A stretch of 64,000 nucleotides of DNA from Nitrospirota bacterium. GTDB taxonomy: Bacteria; Nitrospirota; Thermodesulfovibrionia; UBA6902. The notes below the pieces were generated by a model that was not told the DNA's origin, did not search any database, and worked only from the letters and a program-made list of their open reading frames with translations. Each line of letters opens with the position of its first letter. Positions within the stretch are counted from its first letter, which is position 1. Location: contig JACQXG010000052.1 of assembly GCA_016208905.1 (NCBI GenBank), forward strand, positions 551-64,550, written 5' to 3'. Shown here piece by piece: positions 1-8,327 of this stretch. A program made the translations under genes and the position numbers.

Positions 1-267
1 CAGAACCCGATGTTGTTATCTGACAAAATCGCAATAATATCTTCTTCAAAAATGGATCAAATAAGTACATCATATTCAGAAAAAGCCCTTGGATTGTTCA
101 CCTATTATTTTTTGACAGCATTAAAAGACGGCAAGATGACGTTTGCTGATATTTACAGTTACATTAAACCTATGGTTGAAGATGAAGCCAAAAAAATGAA
201 TGTTGAACAAAGCCCTCAATTACTTCCCGGTTTATCTCTGCCCAGTGATAAATTTTCATTGAGGTAG
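1..267 (+). CDS. caspase-like (peptidase C14 family) protein, C-terminal fragment; the 5' end lies outside the window
   Basis: The frame of ORF 10..267 stays open back to nt 1. The tail ...GLFTYYFLTALKDG...FADIYSYIKPMV...QSPQL resembles the C-terminal part of bacterial caspase-family proteins. Recognised by eye only. Confidence 0.45.
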   Translation, partial: QNPMLLSDKIAIISSSKMDQISTSYSEKALGLFTYYFLTALKDGKMTFADIYSYIKPMVEDEAKKMNVEQSPQLLPGLSLPSDKFSLR

Positions 268-340
268 AATACCCAAGAGGAAACTATTGACCTAAATAAT
301 GCAGGCATTTCATATTTGCTGTCCTTTTATCTATCAAGTC

Positions 341-2536
341 CTATTTCTGTTTAGAGCACGCGGCATTATATAGCAGCATACTTTCAGGAATGATGTCTCT
401 CCATTCACTTGAATAGACTGACAAGACAGGGTTATTGCCTGTACGTTCTTCTATTATACGAAGCTTGGTTTGTAAACAGTTGATCTCCAGTAAATCAATA
501 AAGTCCCTTTTATTGATGGAAGCCCTCATCATTAATTTAACAATATGTTCAGATGGATAGGACATATTGCCGGAATCTATAAATAAAGGTATTCCGTCTT
601 TTGTGACGCCAATATGTTGCCATCTTTTAATTAAATCATTATCAGTGTTTTTGCCGGAAATATTCTGGCTTTCTTTTAGTTTATTAGGAGCAACAAGCAA
701 TGCTATTTTCGGTAGCTTACTAATCTTATCAACCGGGTCAGCCTTCTGGGTTATATTCTTTACAGTCACCGGCTCATTTTTCCCCGGCTTTTCAATCTTT
801 GCAATCAATTCCGTTTCGGACTTCTCTCCTGTTTTAACAACGAGCTCTCCCTCTCGATTCCCTTCTCCCCTAACTTTCATCTCAGTTTCCTGAGGTTTTT
901 CAATTAATACATTTACTGAAGTTTTTTCAGGCTGAACAATGATGGCGATCTCATTATTTTTATCTCTCTTATCCGCAGGTTCAGCTTTAGCAGCCATTTC
1001 AGCTTCGGCAAATGCCTTGTTCTTTTGATGATTCATTATCGTTGCTGTTGCTGAAGTTTCAGATATATTATCTCTTTTATTATTCTCAGCAGGTAATGAT
1101 TCAGGTTTCCTCTTGGTCATATCAACAGTCATCGTCTGTTGAGTCTCTCTAATTTTTGAGGCTAATTCAGATTTATCAATATGTTTAATGTTTATTTCCC
1201 GTTCAGTGTTTTTTGTTTGCTCACCTTTTTGAACACTGTCAGTTTTTGGGGGATTATCCTGCTTTGCGATTAATTCAGTCTTTAGCAGTTTTCCTTGATT
1301 AGTAAGCTGCGTGGGTACTGGAATATCGCTTTTACTGACAACCGACTCGTACTTAAGAATATTGCCCATTTCAACACGTGGGACAGTCCCACTTAGTTCC
1401 CTGCTTTTCAAATCAGGCTTAAGAGGTGGAGCCGATAATTGCCCTAAATCTACCGCTTCTTCCTGTTCCTGGAGCGTACTGTTTTTTCCACGAGTCGATT
1501 GAAACTGCAAGGGTTCATATGATTCCTGCAAACTTTGACTATCGGTCTGACCATTATCAGCTGATAGGGCCCCCTCCTTATCAATATCCTGATAGGATGC
1601 AGGTTCTTCAATTATTCTATTTTTACTTTGATAGCTATCTTTGTAATTATCAAGCACTTTAGGCAAAGCTATCGCGAAAATAATTAAAGCAAATATTGCA
1701 ACCGGGATATATAGCCATGACATCCTTTTTCGATCTTTTACAATTGCGGCATCTATATCGTGGATTGTATTCTGAGCGGTACTTATCTCTCTTTCTTTTT
1801 CATCTTGCACACCATGTGTCTGTTCAGGCAACTCTTCAACAGCCGCATTAACAGGGGTTACTTGAACCGCTTCCGGATTTAACTCCTTATCTGCAACATA
1901 ATCATCAGATATCTGTTCGTCTTCTTTTTCTGTGCTTACCATATCTTCTACGAGAGTTATTGCTTCCACAACCTTTTCACTACTTATGTCAAGTTCACCG
2001 AGTGCCACAACAGTACTTTTCGTACCGGACGGTTCACTATCTTCCTTTTCATTCAAAGCAATATTACTACTCTTTGTCTTAGCTATATCCGGAATTAAGT
2101 CGTCTGATTTTCTGGTGACCGGTTCAACTGCAGGCTTTTCCTCTTTTTCCCATTCCGGTACACGCTCGATCTCTTCGCTAATCAGGGCAGATTCATCTGT
2201 TACTTCTTTAACAGTAGACATTAATGACAGTATTTTACTTTTAGACTCTTCACTAACCTCGACAAGTTTTACTCCGATTATATGTTTATACCAGGACTGC
2301 TTCTTCCAGACTATATCTCCAGCAAGGGTGACAGATATGTCGTTACCAGGATGCTTTAATCTGAACTCCAGGATTTCACCGCATTCAAAATCAAAACCCT
2401 GCGACTCCATGCTGAATCCTTCACTCGATAAATTTCTTGTTATTCCAATAGCGTATCTACCTGCCTTGTTCAGCGGCTTAAATTCCACAATAAGAAAGAT
2501 ATCGTATCTTTTTAATTTTCTCTTGTCATATAACAT
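341..2536 (-). CDS. PilZ-domain c-di-GMP receptor; single-pass membrane protein with a long low-complexity tail
   Basis: 731-aa ORF. The N-terminus carries RxxxR (R6-KLK-R10) and N-x-S-x-x-G (NLSSEG, aa 35-40) PilZ signatures. There is one hydrophobic helix at about aa 273-294. The rest is E/K/S/T/Q-rich. Confidence 0.7.
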   Translation of the reverse strand: MLYDKRKLKRYDIFLIVEFKPLNKAGRYAIGITRNLSSEGFSMESQGFDFECGEILEFRLKHPGNDISVTLAGDIVWKKQSWYKHIIGVKLVEVSEESKSKILSLMSTVKEVTDESALISEEIERVPEWEKEEKPAVEPVTRKSDDLIPDIAKTKSSNIALNEKEDSEPSGTKSTVVALGELDISSEKVVEAITLVEDMVSTEKEDEQISDDYVADKELNPEAVQVTPVNAAVEELPEQTHGVQDEKEREISTAQNTIHDIDAAIVKDRKRMSWLYIPVAIFALIIFAIALPKVLDNYKDSYQSKNRIIEEPASYQDIDKEGALSADNGQTDSQSLQESYEPLQFQSTRGKNSTLQEQEEAVDLGQLSAPPLKPDLKSRELSGTVPRVEMGNILKYESVVSKSDIPVPTQLTNQGKLLKTELIAKQDNPPKTDSVQKGEQTKNTEREINIKHIDKSELASKIRETQQTMTVDMTKRKPESLPAENNKRDNISETSATATIMNHQKNKAFAEAEMAAKAEPADKRDKNNEIAIIVQPEKTSVNVLIEKPQETEMKVRGEGNREGELVVKTGEKSETELIAKIEKPGKNEPVTVKNITQKADPVDKISKLPKIALLVAPNKLKESQNISGKNTDNDLIKRWQHIGVTKDGIPLFIDSGNMSYPSEHIVKLMMRASINKRDFIDLLEINCLQTKLRIIEERTGNNPVLSVYSSEWRDIIPESMLLYNAACSKQK

Positions 2537-2768
2537 ACTGATCCCTTAATATTGAGTCCGTTCATAACAGAAACCGGATCAATTATATTTCAAAACATAC
2601 TATTATTATATTGCATTATCAGCAGGATTGAAACGTTAATAACAGGGTGAGGTTATATACTATGTGTTTTGCGGCACAGTCTGCTCGCGGGTATGACGGG
2701 CAAACAGAGTTTTTAGACAAGCTCCACATCCCATTTTTCCAGAAAGTGCGGTACAATACTCCGCAGGT

Positions 2769-4130
2769 ATGCAGGACAAAAAATATAAAATATTCTTCTC
2801 CGGCATCGCCGGCAGCGGCGTCTCCGCAATAGCCTCGTTTATGGCGGACAAAGGACACAGCATATATGGATCAGACAGGGCCTTTGACCTGAACCCGGAC
2901 CACGCTCTCAAAAAAACGCTTCAATCCAAAAAAATAACCATAGTGCCCCAGGACGGCAAGGGCATGGATGGGTCCTTTGAATTAGCGGTTTTCAGCACCG
3001 CGGTGGAGCCGGACCAGCCGGAGGTCCTGAAGGCCCGGGAACTTGGGGTCCTGGTTATGACCCGGCCTGATTACCTCGCTGAAATAACCGCATCATTTAA
3101 AACGATAGCCGTTTCAGGGACCAGCGGGAAATCAACTGTGTCGGGCATGCTTACATTTCTAATGAGTAAGCTGGGACTTAGCCCCAACTTCATCGGCGGA
3201 GGTAGAGTAAAGCAGTTTAAGACGACTTCGAATTCCGGCAATTCCCTGACCGGCAGTTCAGATTATCTGATTATCGAGGCCTGCGAATCGGACGGCTCCA
3301 TTGTAAACTACAAACCTCAGCATACAATCATATTAAATCTGGCGCTTGATCACCACGCAGTGGATGTAACGGCAGGGATGTTTAAGACCCTTATACAGCA
3401 CACCAAGGGGAAGATTATTATGAACGCAGACGACAAAAATCTCGCTGCGATGGTGAAGAAAAGCACTGTCACTTTTTCTATAGAAAACCCCTCGGATTTC
3501 ATGGCAGAGAATATATCATTTAAACCCTTCAGCACTGATTTTTCAGTGCATAATGTGAGATTAACCCTTTCAATCCCTGGCAGACATAATCTTTACAATG
3601 CGCTTTCCTGTATTGCCGTCCTTTCAGAACTCAGCACTCCCCTCAGTGATATCGCGGCCGTACTGCCTGAATTTCAGGGTATCGAGAGGAGGTTTGACAT
3701 TCACCTTAATGACGGGAAGCACCTTGTCATCGATGACTACGCCCATAACCCTCATAAAATTTCATCATTGATGGAAACAGTCCGGCGACTGCGGCCAAGA
3801 GTCTGCTATATATTTCAGCCTCACGGATTCGGTCCGACAAGGCTGATGAAAAAGGAGTACATTCAGTCCTTCGTGGAGAACCTTCGGGACTCCGACCATC
3901 TCATACTGCTTCCCATATATTATATTGGAGGCACTGCGAGCAAAGACATATCAAGCCAGGACCTTGCGGATGAAATAACATCCAGAGGGAAATCCGCGGA
4001 GGTCATTGAATGCAGGGAAAATGTTTTTCATGTGGTCAGTAAATACGATTCCTGCGTTATTTTCGGTGCGAGAGATGAAACACTTTCAGATTTTACCAGG
4101 GAAATAGCCCGGCAAGTACAAAAGTATTGA
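2769..4130 (+). CDS. Mur ligase family protein (MurC/Mpl-like)
   Basis: 453 aa. Shows N-terminal GIAGSGVSAIA, the P-loop AVSGTSGKST, and DDYAHNP, which is typical of MurC/Mpl. It is not part of a dcw cluster here. Confidence 0.7.
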   Translation: MQDKKYKIFFSGIAGSGVSAIASFMADKGHSIYGSDRAFDLNPDHALKKTLQSKKITIVPQDGKGMDGSFELAVFSTAVEPDQPEVLKARELGVLVMTRPDYLAEITASFKTIAVSGTSGKSTVSGMLTFLMSKLGLSPNFIGGGRVKQFKTTSNSGNSLTGSSDYLIIEACESDGSIVNYKPQHTIILNLALDHHAVDVTAGMFKTLIQHTKGKIIMNADDKNLAAMVKKSTVTFSIENPSDFMAENISFKPFSTDFSVHNVRLTLSIPGRHNLYNALSCIAVLSELSTPLSDIAAVLPEFQGIERRFDIHLNDGKHLVIDDYAHNPHKISSLMETVRRLRPRVCYIFQPHGFGPTRLMKKEYIQSFVENLRDSDHLILLPIYYIGGTASKDISSQDLADEITSRGKSAEVIECRENVFHVVSKYDSCVIFGARDETLSDFTREIARQVQKY

Positions 4131-4217
4131 TGTATTAATAAAGTGCTGAAGGTCTTATAAAACCGTCCAGCCCATTCTTGAGGAATTACCGTTATCCCTG
4201 AAAATGCATTATTTGGG

Positions 4218-4556
4218 TTATAATCTACCTTCTTTATTCTTATCATGATTCTTATCATGCCTTGCCAGGAATTCTCCGGTTGCCTTACAGACATTTATCA
4301 GTCCTTCTTCCTGTGTAACCTTATAACGGAATTCACAGGAATAACACGAGGAGTTATGCTGCAAATCCGAGCACTTTATTTTATTATTACAACAGACTTC
4401 AGCAATAATCCAGCAGATTCGACCGCCATTTACCCCTTTATTTAAATCATGAGCAGAACCCTCATTTGCTACAGGACAGACCTCTGATTTATGTGTTTTG
4501 TCACCCGCAGGCCCCCTCCCGCATTTCATAAATTCCCAGCAGTTAATTTTCTTCAT
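4218..4556 (-). CDS. stand-alone two-CW domain protein (cysteine-rich, probable metal or Fe-S binding)
   Basis: 112 aa. Contains NCWEFMKCG ... CP ... GRICW ... CC..C......CYSCEF, i.e. two CW dipeptides within a pattern of about 10 Cys. The same pattern recurs in the N-terminus of ORF 48285..49748. Confidence 0.7.
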   Translation of the reverse strand: MKKINCWEFMKCGRGPAGDKTHKSEVCPVANEGSAHDLNKGVNGGRICWIIAEVCCNNKIKCSDLQHNSSCYSCEFRYKVTQEEGLINVCKATGEFLARHDKNHDKNKEGRL

Positions 4557-4760
4557 CGGTATAATAAATCGTTCATATAGATTTTACACACTCATAATTG
4601 CATAAAAGCTTAACAGAGGAGCCCAATCTCTATGTATATATTATATATATTCTAAACAAATAGGCAAAATTAATATGTTCCATGTCATATTCATCGGCAT
4701 AATTCAGGCTGACCTTCAACAGAATGTCCGACGATAAAAAAACCGTTCAGGCTAATCTAT

Positions 4761-4928
4761 TTAAACATCATTAGGGCATGCCCATATAAAGAGCGTCCAG
4801 CCGGCTTCTGCCTTATAGCTTAATTTTCTGGACACTGGTTCATAACCGCATAGACATCTGCTGCTTCTTTCATTTTCAATGATGAAACCATCATTCTTTG
4901 TAAAGCATTCAGGGCATGTCCAGCTCAT
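4761..4928 (-). CDS. small zinc-ribbon-like protein (55 aa), absent from the ORF track
   Basis: My translation is MSWTCPECFTKNDGFIIENERSSRCLCGYEPVSRKLSYKAEAGWTLFIWACPNDV*. AAGGAGG lies 5 nt upstream of the ATG (the reverse complement of 4931-4941 reads AAGGAGGATAT). It has a CPEC...CLCG pair. Confidence 0.55.
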   Translation of the reverse strand: MSWTCPECFTKNDGFIIENERSSRCLCGYEPVSRKLSYKAEAGWTLFIWACPNDV

Positions 4929-5195
4929 GATATCCTCCTTATATTGCCTCTAACGAGCAGGCAATGAATACAGTTTTAAGAATTGTACAAGGTATTAGAC
5001 GGACACGAACGTGATTATTATAAGAATATAAAATTTGATTTTAAGCAAAAGAATTCCTCGATGCTCTGCATCCGGGTCAAAATAAATTCCTATTGATACC
5101 TAACGTCTCTGATGCGGGGTAGTTCACTAATTAGGCATCATTCCCTTTAAATAACGCAATTTGTTAATTTATCTAATTTTTTACGTAAAGTTTCA

Positions 5196-5224
5196 TTGAC
5201 AACTTGGGACTTATAATTTAAAAT
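5196..5224 (+). promoter_or_regulatory. sigma-70-type promoter candidate (TTGACA-17 nt-TAAAAT)
   Basis: TTGACA sits at 5196-5201, followed by a 17-nt spacer and TAAAAT at 5219-5224. It lies about 180 nt upstream of the lipoprotein gene at 5407. Confidence 0.4.
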
Positions 5225-5406
5225 GATAAATCTTATAGATAATTGTGCCTTAATTACCCATCGTGTTAAGAACATATTCTGTGTAAGCGTGGGGCAATAT
5301 TATCGGCGGGCTCTATTTTTTTATTTATTCATGTTGAAGACCAGATATAAGTTCCGTTAACTTGTTTTTACAAGTTAACTAATTCAAACCTAAAGGAGGA
5401 GTAATT

Positions 5407-5958
5407 ATGAAAAAGAAAGCAACACCATTTTTAGCAGTCATGTTTGTTCTGGCCATGATTTTTACTCAGGGGTGTGCCACCAAGATGAGCAAGCCATCCA
5501 GTGCACCTCAGCCTGCAAAGGTCAAGTTTTCCGAGTTCAATGCAGTGGAAATGAAACACATTGAAATTAGCCCGGAATATGCATCATCAGATGCTAATCA
5601 AAAAGCTGCCAAGAAAATAAATGAACATCTCGACAACAAAATGCGTATGGTTTTTTCCGGGTTAAATAATGGCAAGGAACAGTCAGCAGGACGTACATTA
5701 TTGATAGAGCCATACATTAAAGAAATAAAGTTCATAAGCGGTGGAGCAAGATTTTGGGTAGGTGCCATGGCAGGAAGCTCCGCAGTGTTAATGAAAGTTA
5801 CATTCACGGACAAGGCGACTGGAGAGGTTATTGCCGAACCGGAATTTTACAGGGATGCCAATGCAATGGGGGGGGCCTACAGCATGGGCTCAACTGATAA
5901 TCTAATGCTTGAACTTGTCGCACAGGATGTCGCTAATTACAGTATTTCAAATCGTTAA
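5407..5958 (+). CDS. lipoprotein (DUF4410-like)
   Basis: 183 aa. Strong RBS AAAGGAGGAG. Signal peptide with the lipobox-like sequence IFTQGC. Confidence 0.6.
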   Translation: MKKKATPFLAVMFVLAMIFTQGCATKMSKPSSAPQPAKVKFSEFNAVEMKHIEISPEYASSDANQKAAKKINEHLDNKMRMVFSGLNNGKEQSAGRTLLIEPYIKEIKFISGGARFWVGAMAGSSAVLMKVTFTDKATGEVIAEPEFYRDANAMGGAYSMGSTDNLMLELVAQDVANYSISNR

Positions 5959-6103
5959 TAAAGTTTGGCAGTAATCTTTATACGCCGAGCTCTCATTTTT
6001 ATCTGAGAGTCTGATAAATATGCAGTATACATGCGATTAATAAAATGAGGGCTTGGTTTTTCTTTCTCTTATCAAATTGTGAATTTTTAAATTTTCACTA
6101 CTT

Positions 6104-6709
6104 ATGAGAAATAAAACAGGGCGTAGAATTTTTACAGCTTTAATGTTGTTGAGTTTATCTTATGTCCCACTATCATCCGCCCGGGAGCAAAAAGCAGTAA
6201 ATTTCAGCAATGCAAAAAATCACTGGACTTTTTGGGGAGGCTATGGAGTCACTCATCCGGGTTTCGGCGATACTGAAACACGCATTGAAGACGTTGACTT
6301 AATATTGCAATACGGTCATTTTCTGACTGAGGAAAAGGGCAAATCCTGGTACAAAGGACGTCATGAATTACTAATTGAAATACCGCTGTATATTGTTTAT
6401 CATCCGGAAAGAGCTATCATGACCGGGATTAATTTTCTCGCCTGCTGGAATTTTACTGCATCAGAAGAAATAGTCCCTTATATTTTTGCAGGCGGCGGGC
6501 CGTTATATACAAATCTCAATATTCCCGGGCTTGGCAAAGAATTAAATGGGAATTATCAATCGGGGATAGGAGTCCATTATTTTATTGAGAAAGACTTTAG
6601 TATTGACTTTAATTATCGCCTGCATCATATTTCGAATGCCAACACCGCCGATCCAAATGAACCGCTGAACTCGAGCAAGTTTCTTGTCGGGATGACTTTT
6701 CTTATGTGA
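6104..6709 (+). CDS. acyloxyacyl hydrolase / PagL-like lipid A deacylase (outer-membrane beta-barrel)
   Basis: 201 aa with a signal peptide. The C-terminal HHISNA motif resembles the His-x-Ser catalytic pair of the PagL family. The C-terminal strand is aromatic-rich. Confidence 0.55.
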   Translation: MRNKTGRRIFTALMLLSLSYVPLSSAREQKAVNFSNAKNHWTFWGGYGVTHPGFGDTETRIEDVDLILQYGHFLTEEKGKSWYKGRHELLIEIPLYIVYHPERAIMTGINFLACWNFTASEEIVPYIFAGGGPLYTNLNIPGLGKELNGNYQSGIGVHYFIEKDFSIDFNYRLHHISNANTADPNEPLNSSKFLVGMTFLM

Positions 6710-6893
6710 GTTCATTCCGACCATTTCTTAAGAATAATGCCGGTGCCGGGCAATAATTTGTTTTTCGATACCTTAAACGCAATACAAATCAAGGTTATGA
6801 TGTAATTATTTATTTAAAGCTACTTGCATAATATGATAATATTTTCATCGAGTTAAACAAGTTATTTCCCGGCACCTGCATTAATTATATTGA

Positions 6894-8327
6894 TTAAGTC
6901 TTGCCCGCCGGCCTGAAATCATTTTTGATCTTCAGGAATGAAGGCAGGTTTTTTATCATTCTGAATGTACTGTCGGGGGATTTAAACATCAGGGGGCCAA
7001 ACTTCCTGACCCAGTTCGTGCTCGTGTAGAACCCCTTTACAAATTGCTTATAAAGTTCTTCCAGTCTTTCCTTTGATTCAATTCCTTTTGGGACAAAGAC
7101 AAAGTTCATACAATTCATTAATTCCCAGTCTTCATTAAAAACACCTTCTTCATGAATGGTCTTGTACACAGGCGCTCCGGGGAAAGGGGTAAATTTTGTC
7201 ATATTCAGGTCATCAAGTTCCAATTCTGTTATAAATTTAGTGGTCCGTTTAATGGTTTCCTCTGTCTCGCCGGGAAGCCCCATCATAAAGAGCCCCTTGG
7301 CCCTGATACCGTTTTTTTGAATGAGCTTCACGGTTTTTTTCATCTCTTCCAGGTCCACGTTTGATTTGTGCCTGCTGAGCATTTCAGGATCTCCTGACTC
7401 TATGCCGAGGCTGACCATCCAGGCGCCGGCCGTTTTCAGCATCTGTAGCAGGTCATTATCAGCGTGGCCCACCCGCACCGCGCAGTTAAAGGTCATGCCG
7501 AGCGGTTTCTTCTGCAGCATGCCGCAAAGCTCCTCGATACGTTTCCGGTTGAAGGTAAACAGGTCATCATAAAAGAATATATGCCGCACCCTGAATTCCT
7601 TTTTCAGATATGCCATGTGTTCATAGAGATACCCTGCAGAGTTATAACGGAAACTCCTTCGGTATACCGAGCGGTCGCAATATGAACACTGGTAGGGACA
7701 GCCCCGGCTGGATATGATCGTTGAACAGGGGGCCTTCGGGTAGTTAAAAAGCGGGGGATGATACGCTTCCGGAAAGCCGTCCAGTTTATGATAGGCCGGA
7801 AACGGGATGTCATCAAGCTCACACAAGTCTGTCCGGAAACCGGTCGATTGTATCCCGGAGCCGTTGCGATAAAGCAATCCCTGTATTTTATCGGGGGCTA
7901 CTCCAGCGGCAAGCTCTGACATGGCCTTTTCCCCCTCGCCCGTTATCAGATAATCTATGGCCGGAAAGGATTCAAGGATGCCCTCTCTAAGCGCTGAGAC
8001 GTGGACGCCGCCAAAGACAATCCTGATATCAGGAAAAAGCCTCTTGATCTCCTCTGCCTGCCTGTACGCATCGGGAAAACTTGAGGTAGTTGTGGTAAAC
8101 CCGATCATCTCAGGACTGAAAGCCCTCACGCGGCTTATGGTCTCTTCCATTCCGGTCAGCTTGACCGGTCCGGTACAATTGAGGACCTCCACTTCAACCC
8201 CCTTCTTTATCAGAAAAGCCGCGATAGAAAGGATACCTATAGGAGCGCTGCGGTTGGACAGGAGGATCATGTCCTTTCTTCCCTCAAGCCAGTTTGAACC
8301 AAATGGATGGATAAATAATACTCTCAT
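6894..8327 (-). CDS. cobalamin(B12)-binding radical SAM enzyme (class B rSAM), copy 2 of the operon
   Basis: 477 aa. The N-terminal Rossmann-like B12-binding region begins MRVLFIHP..., and the CxxxCxxC motif reads CPYQCSYC. Its start overlaps the upstream ligase stop by 4 nt (ATGA). Confidence 0.8.
   Translation of the reverse strand: MRVLFIHPFGSNWLEGRKDMILLSNRSAPIGILSIAAFLIKKGVEVEVLNCTGPVKLTGMEETISRVRAFSPEMIGFTTTTSSFPDAYRQAEEIKRLFPDIRIVFGGVHVSALREGILESFPAIDYLITGEGEKAMSELAAGVAPDKIQGLLYRNGSGIQSTGFRTDLCELDDIPFPAYHKLDGFPEAYHPPLFNYPKAPCSTIISSRGCPYQCSYCDRSVYRRSFRYNSAGYLYEHMAYLKKEFRVRHIFFYDDLFTFNRKRIEELCGMLQKKPLGMTFNCAVRVGHADNDLLQMLKTAGAWMVSLGIESGDPEMLSRHKSNVDLEEMKKTVKLIQKNGIRAKGLFMMGLPGETEETIKRTTKFITELELDDLNMTKFTPFPGAPVYKTIHEEGVFNEDWELMNCMNFVFVPKGIESKERLEELYKQFVKGFYTSTNWVRKFGPLMFKSPDSTFRMIKNLPSFLKIKNDFRPAGKT

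Noticed and set aside
1932-2549. 205-aa plus-strand ORF, and similar long antisense ORFs at 567-893, 10572-11033, 18912-19358, 35603-36010, 50011-50496, 54757-55137 and 59112-59669
   Set aside because: Each lies entirely inside, and antisense to, a gene with clear domain motifs. Their translations are low-complexity (S/L/F/P-rich) with no motifs. They are typical shadow ORFs.
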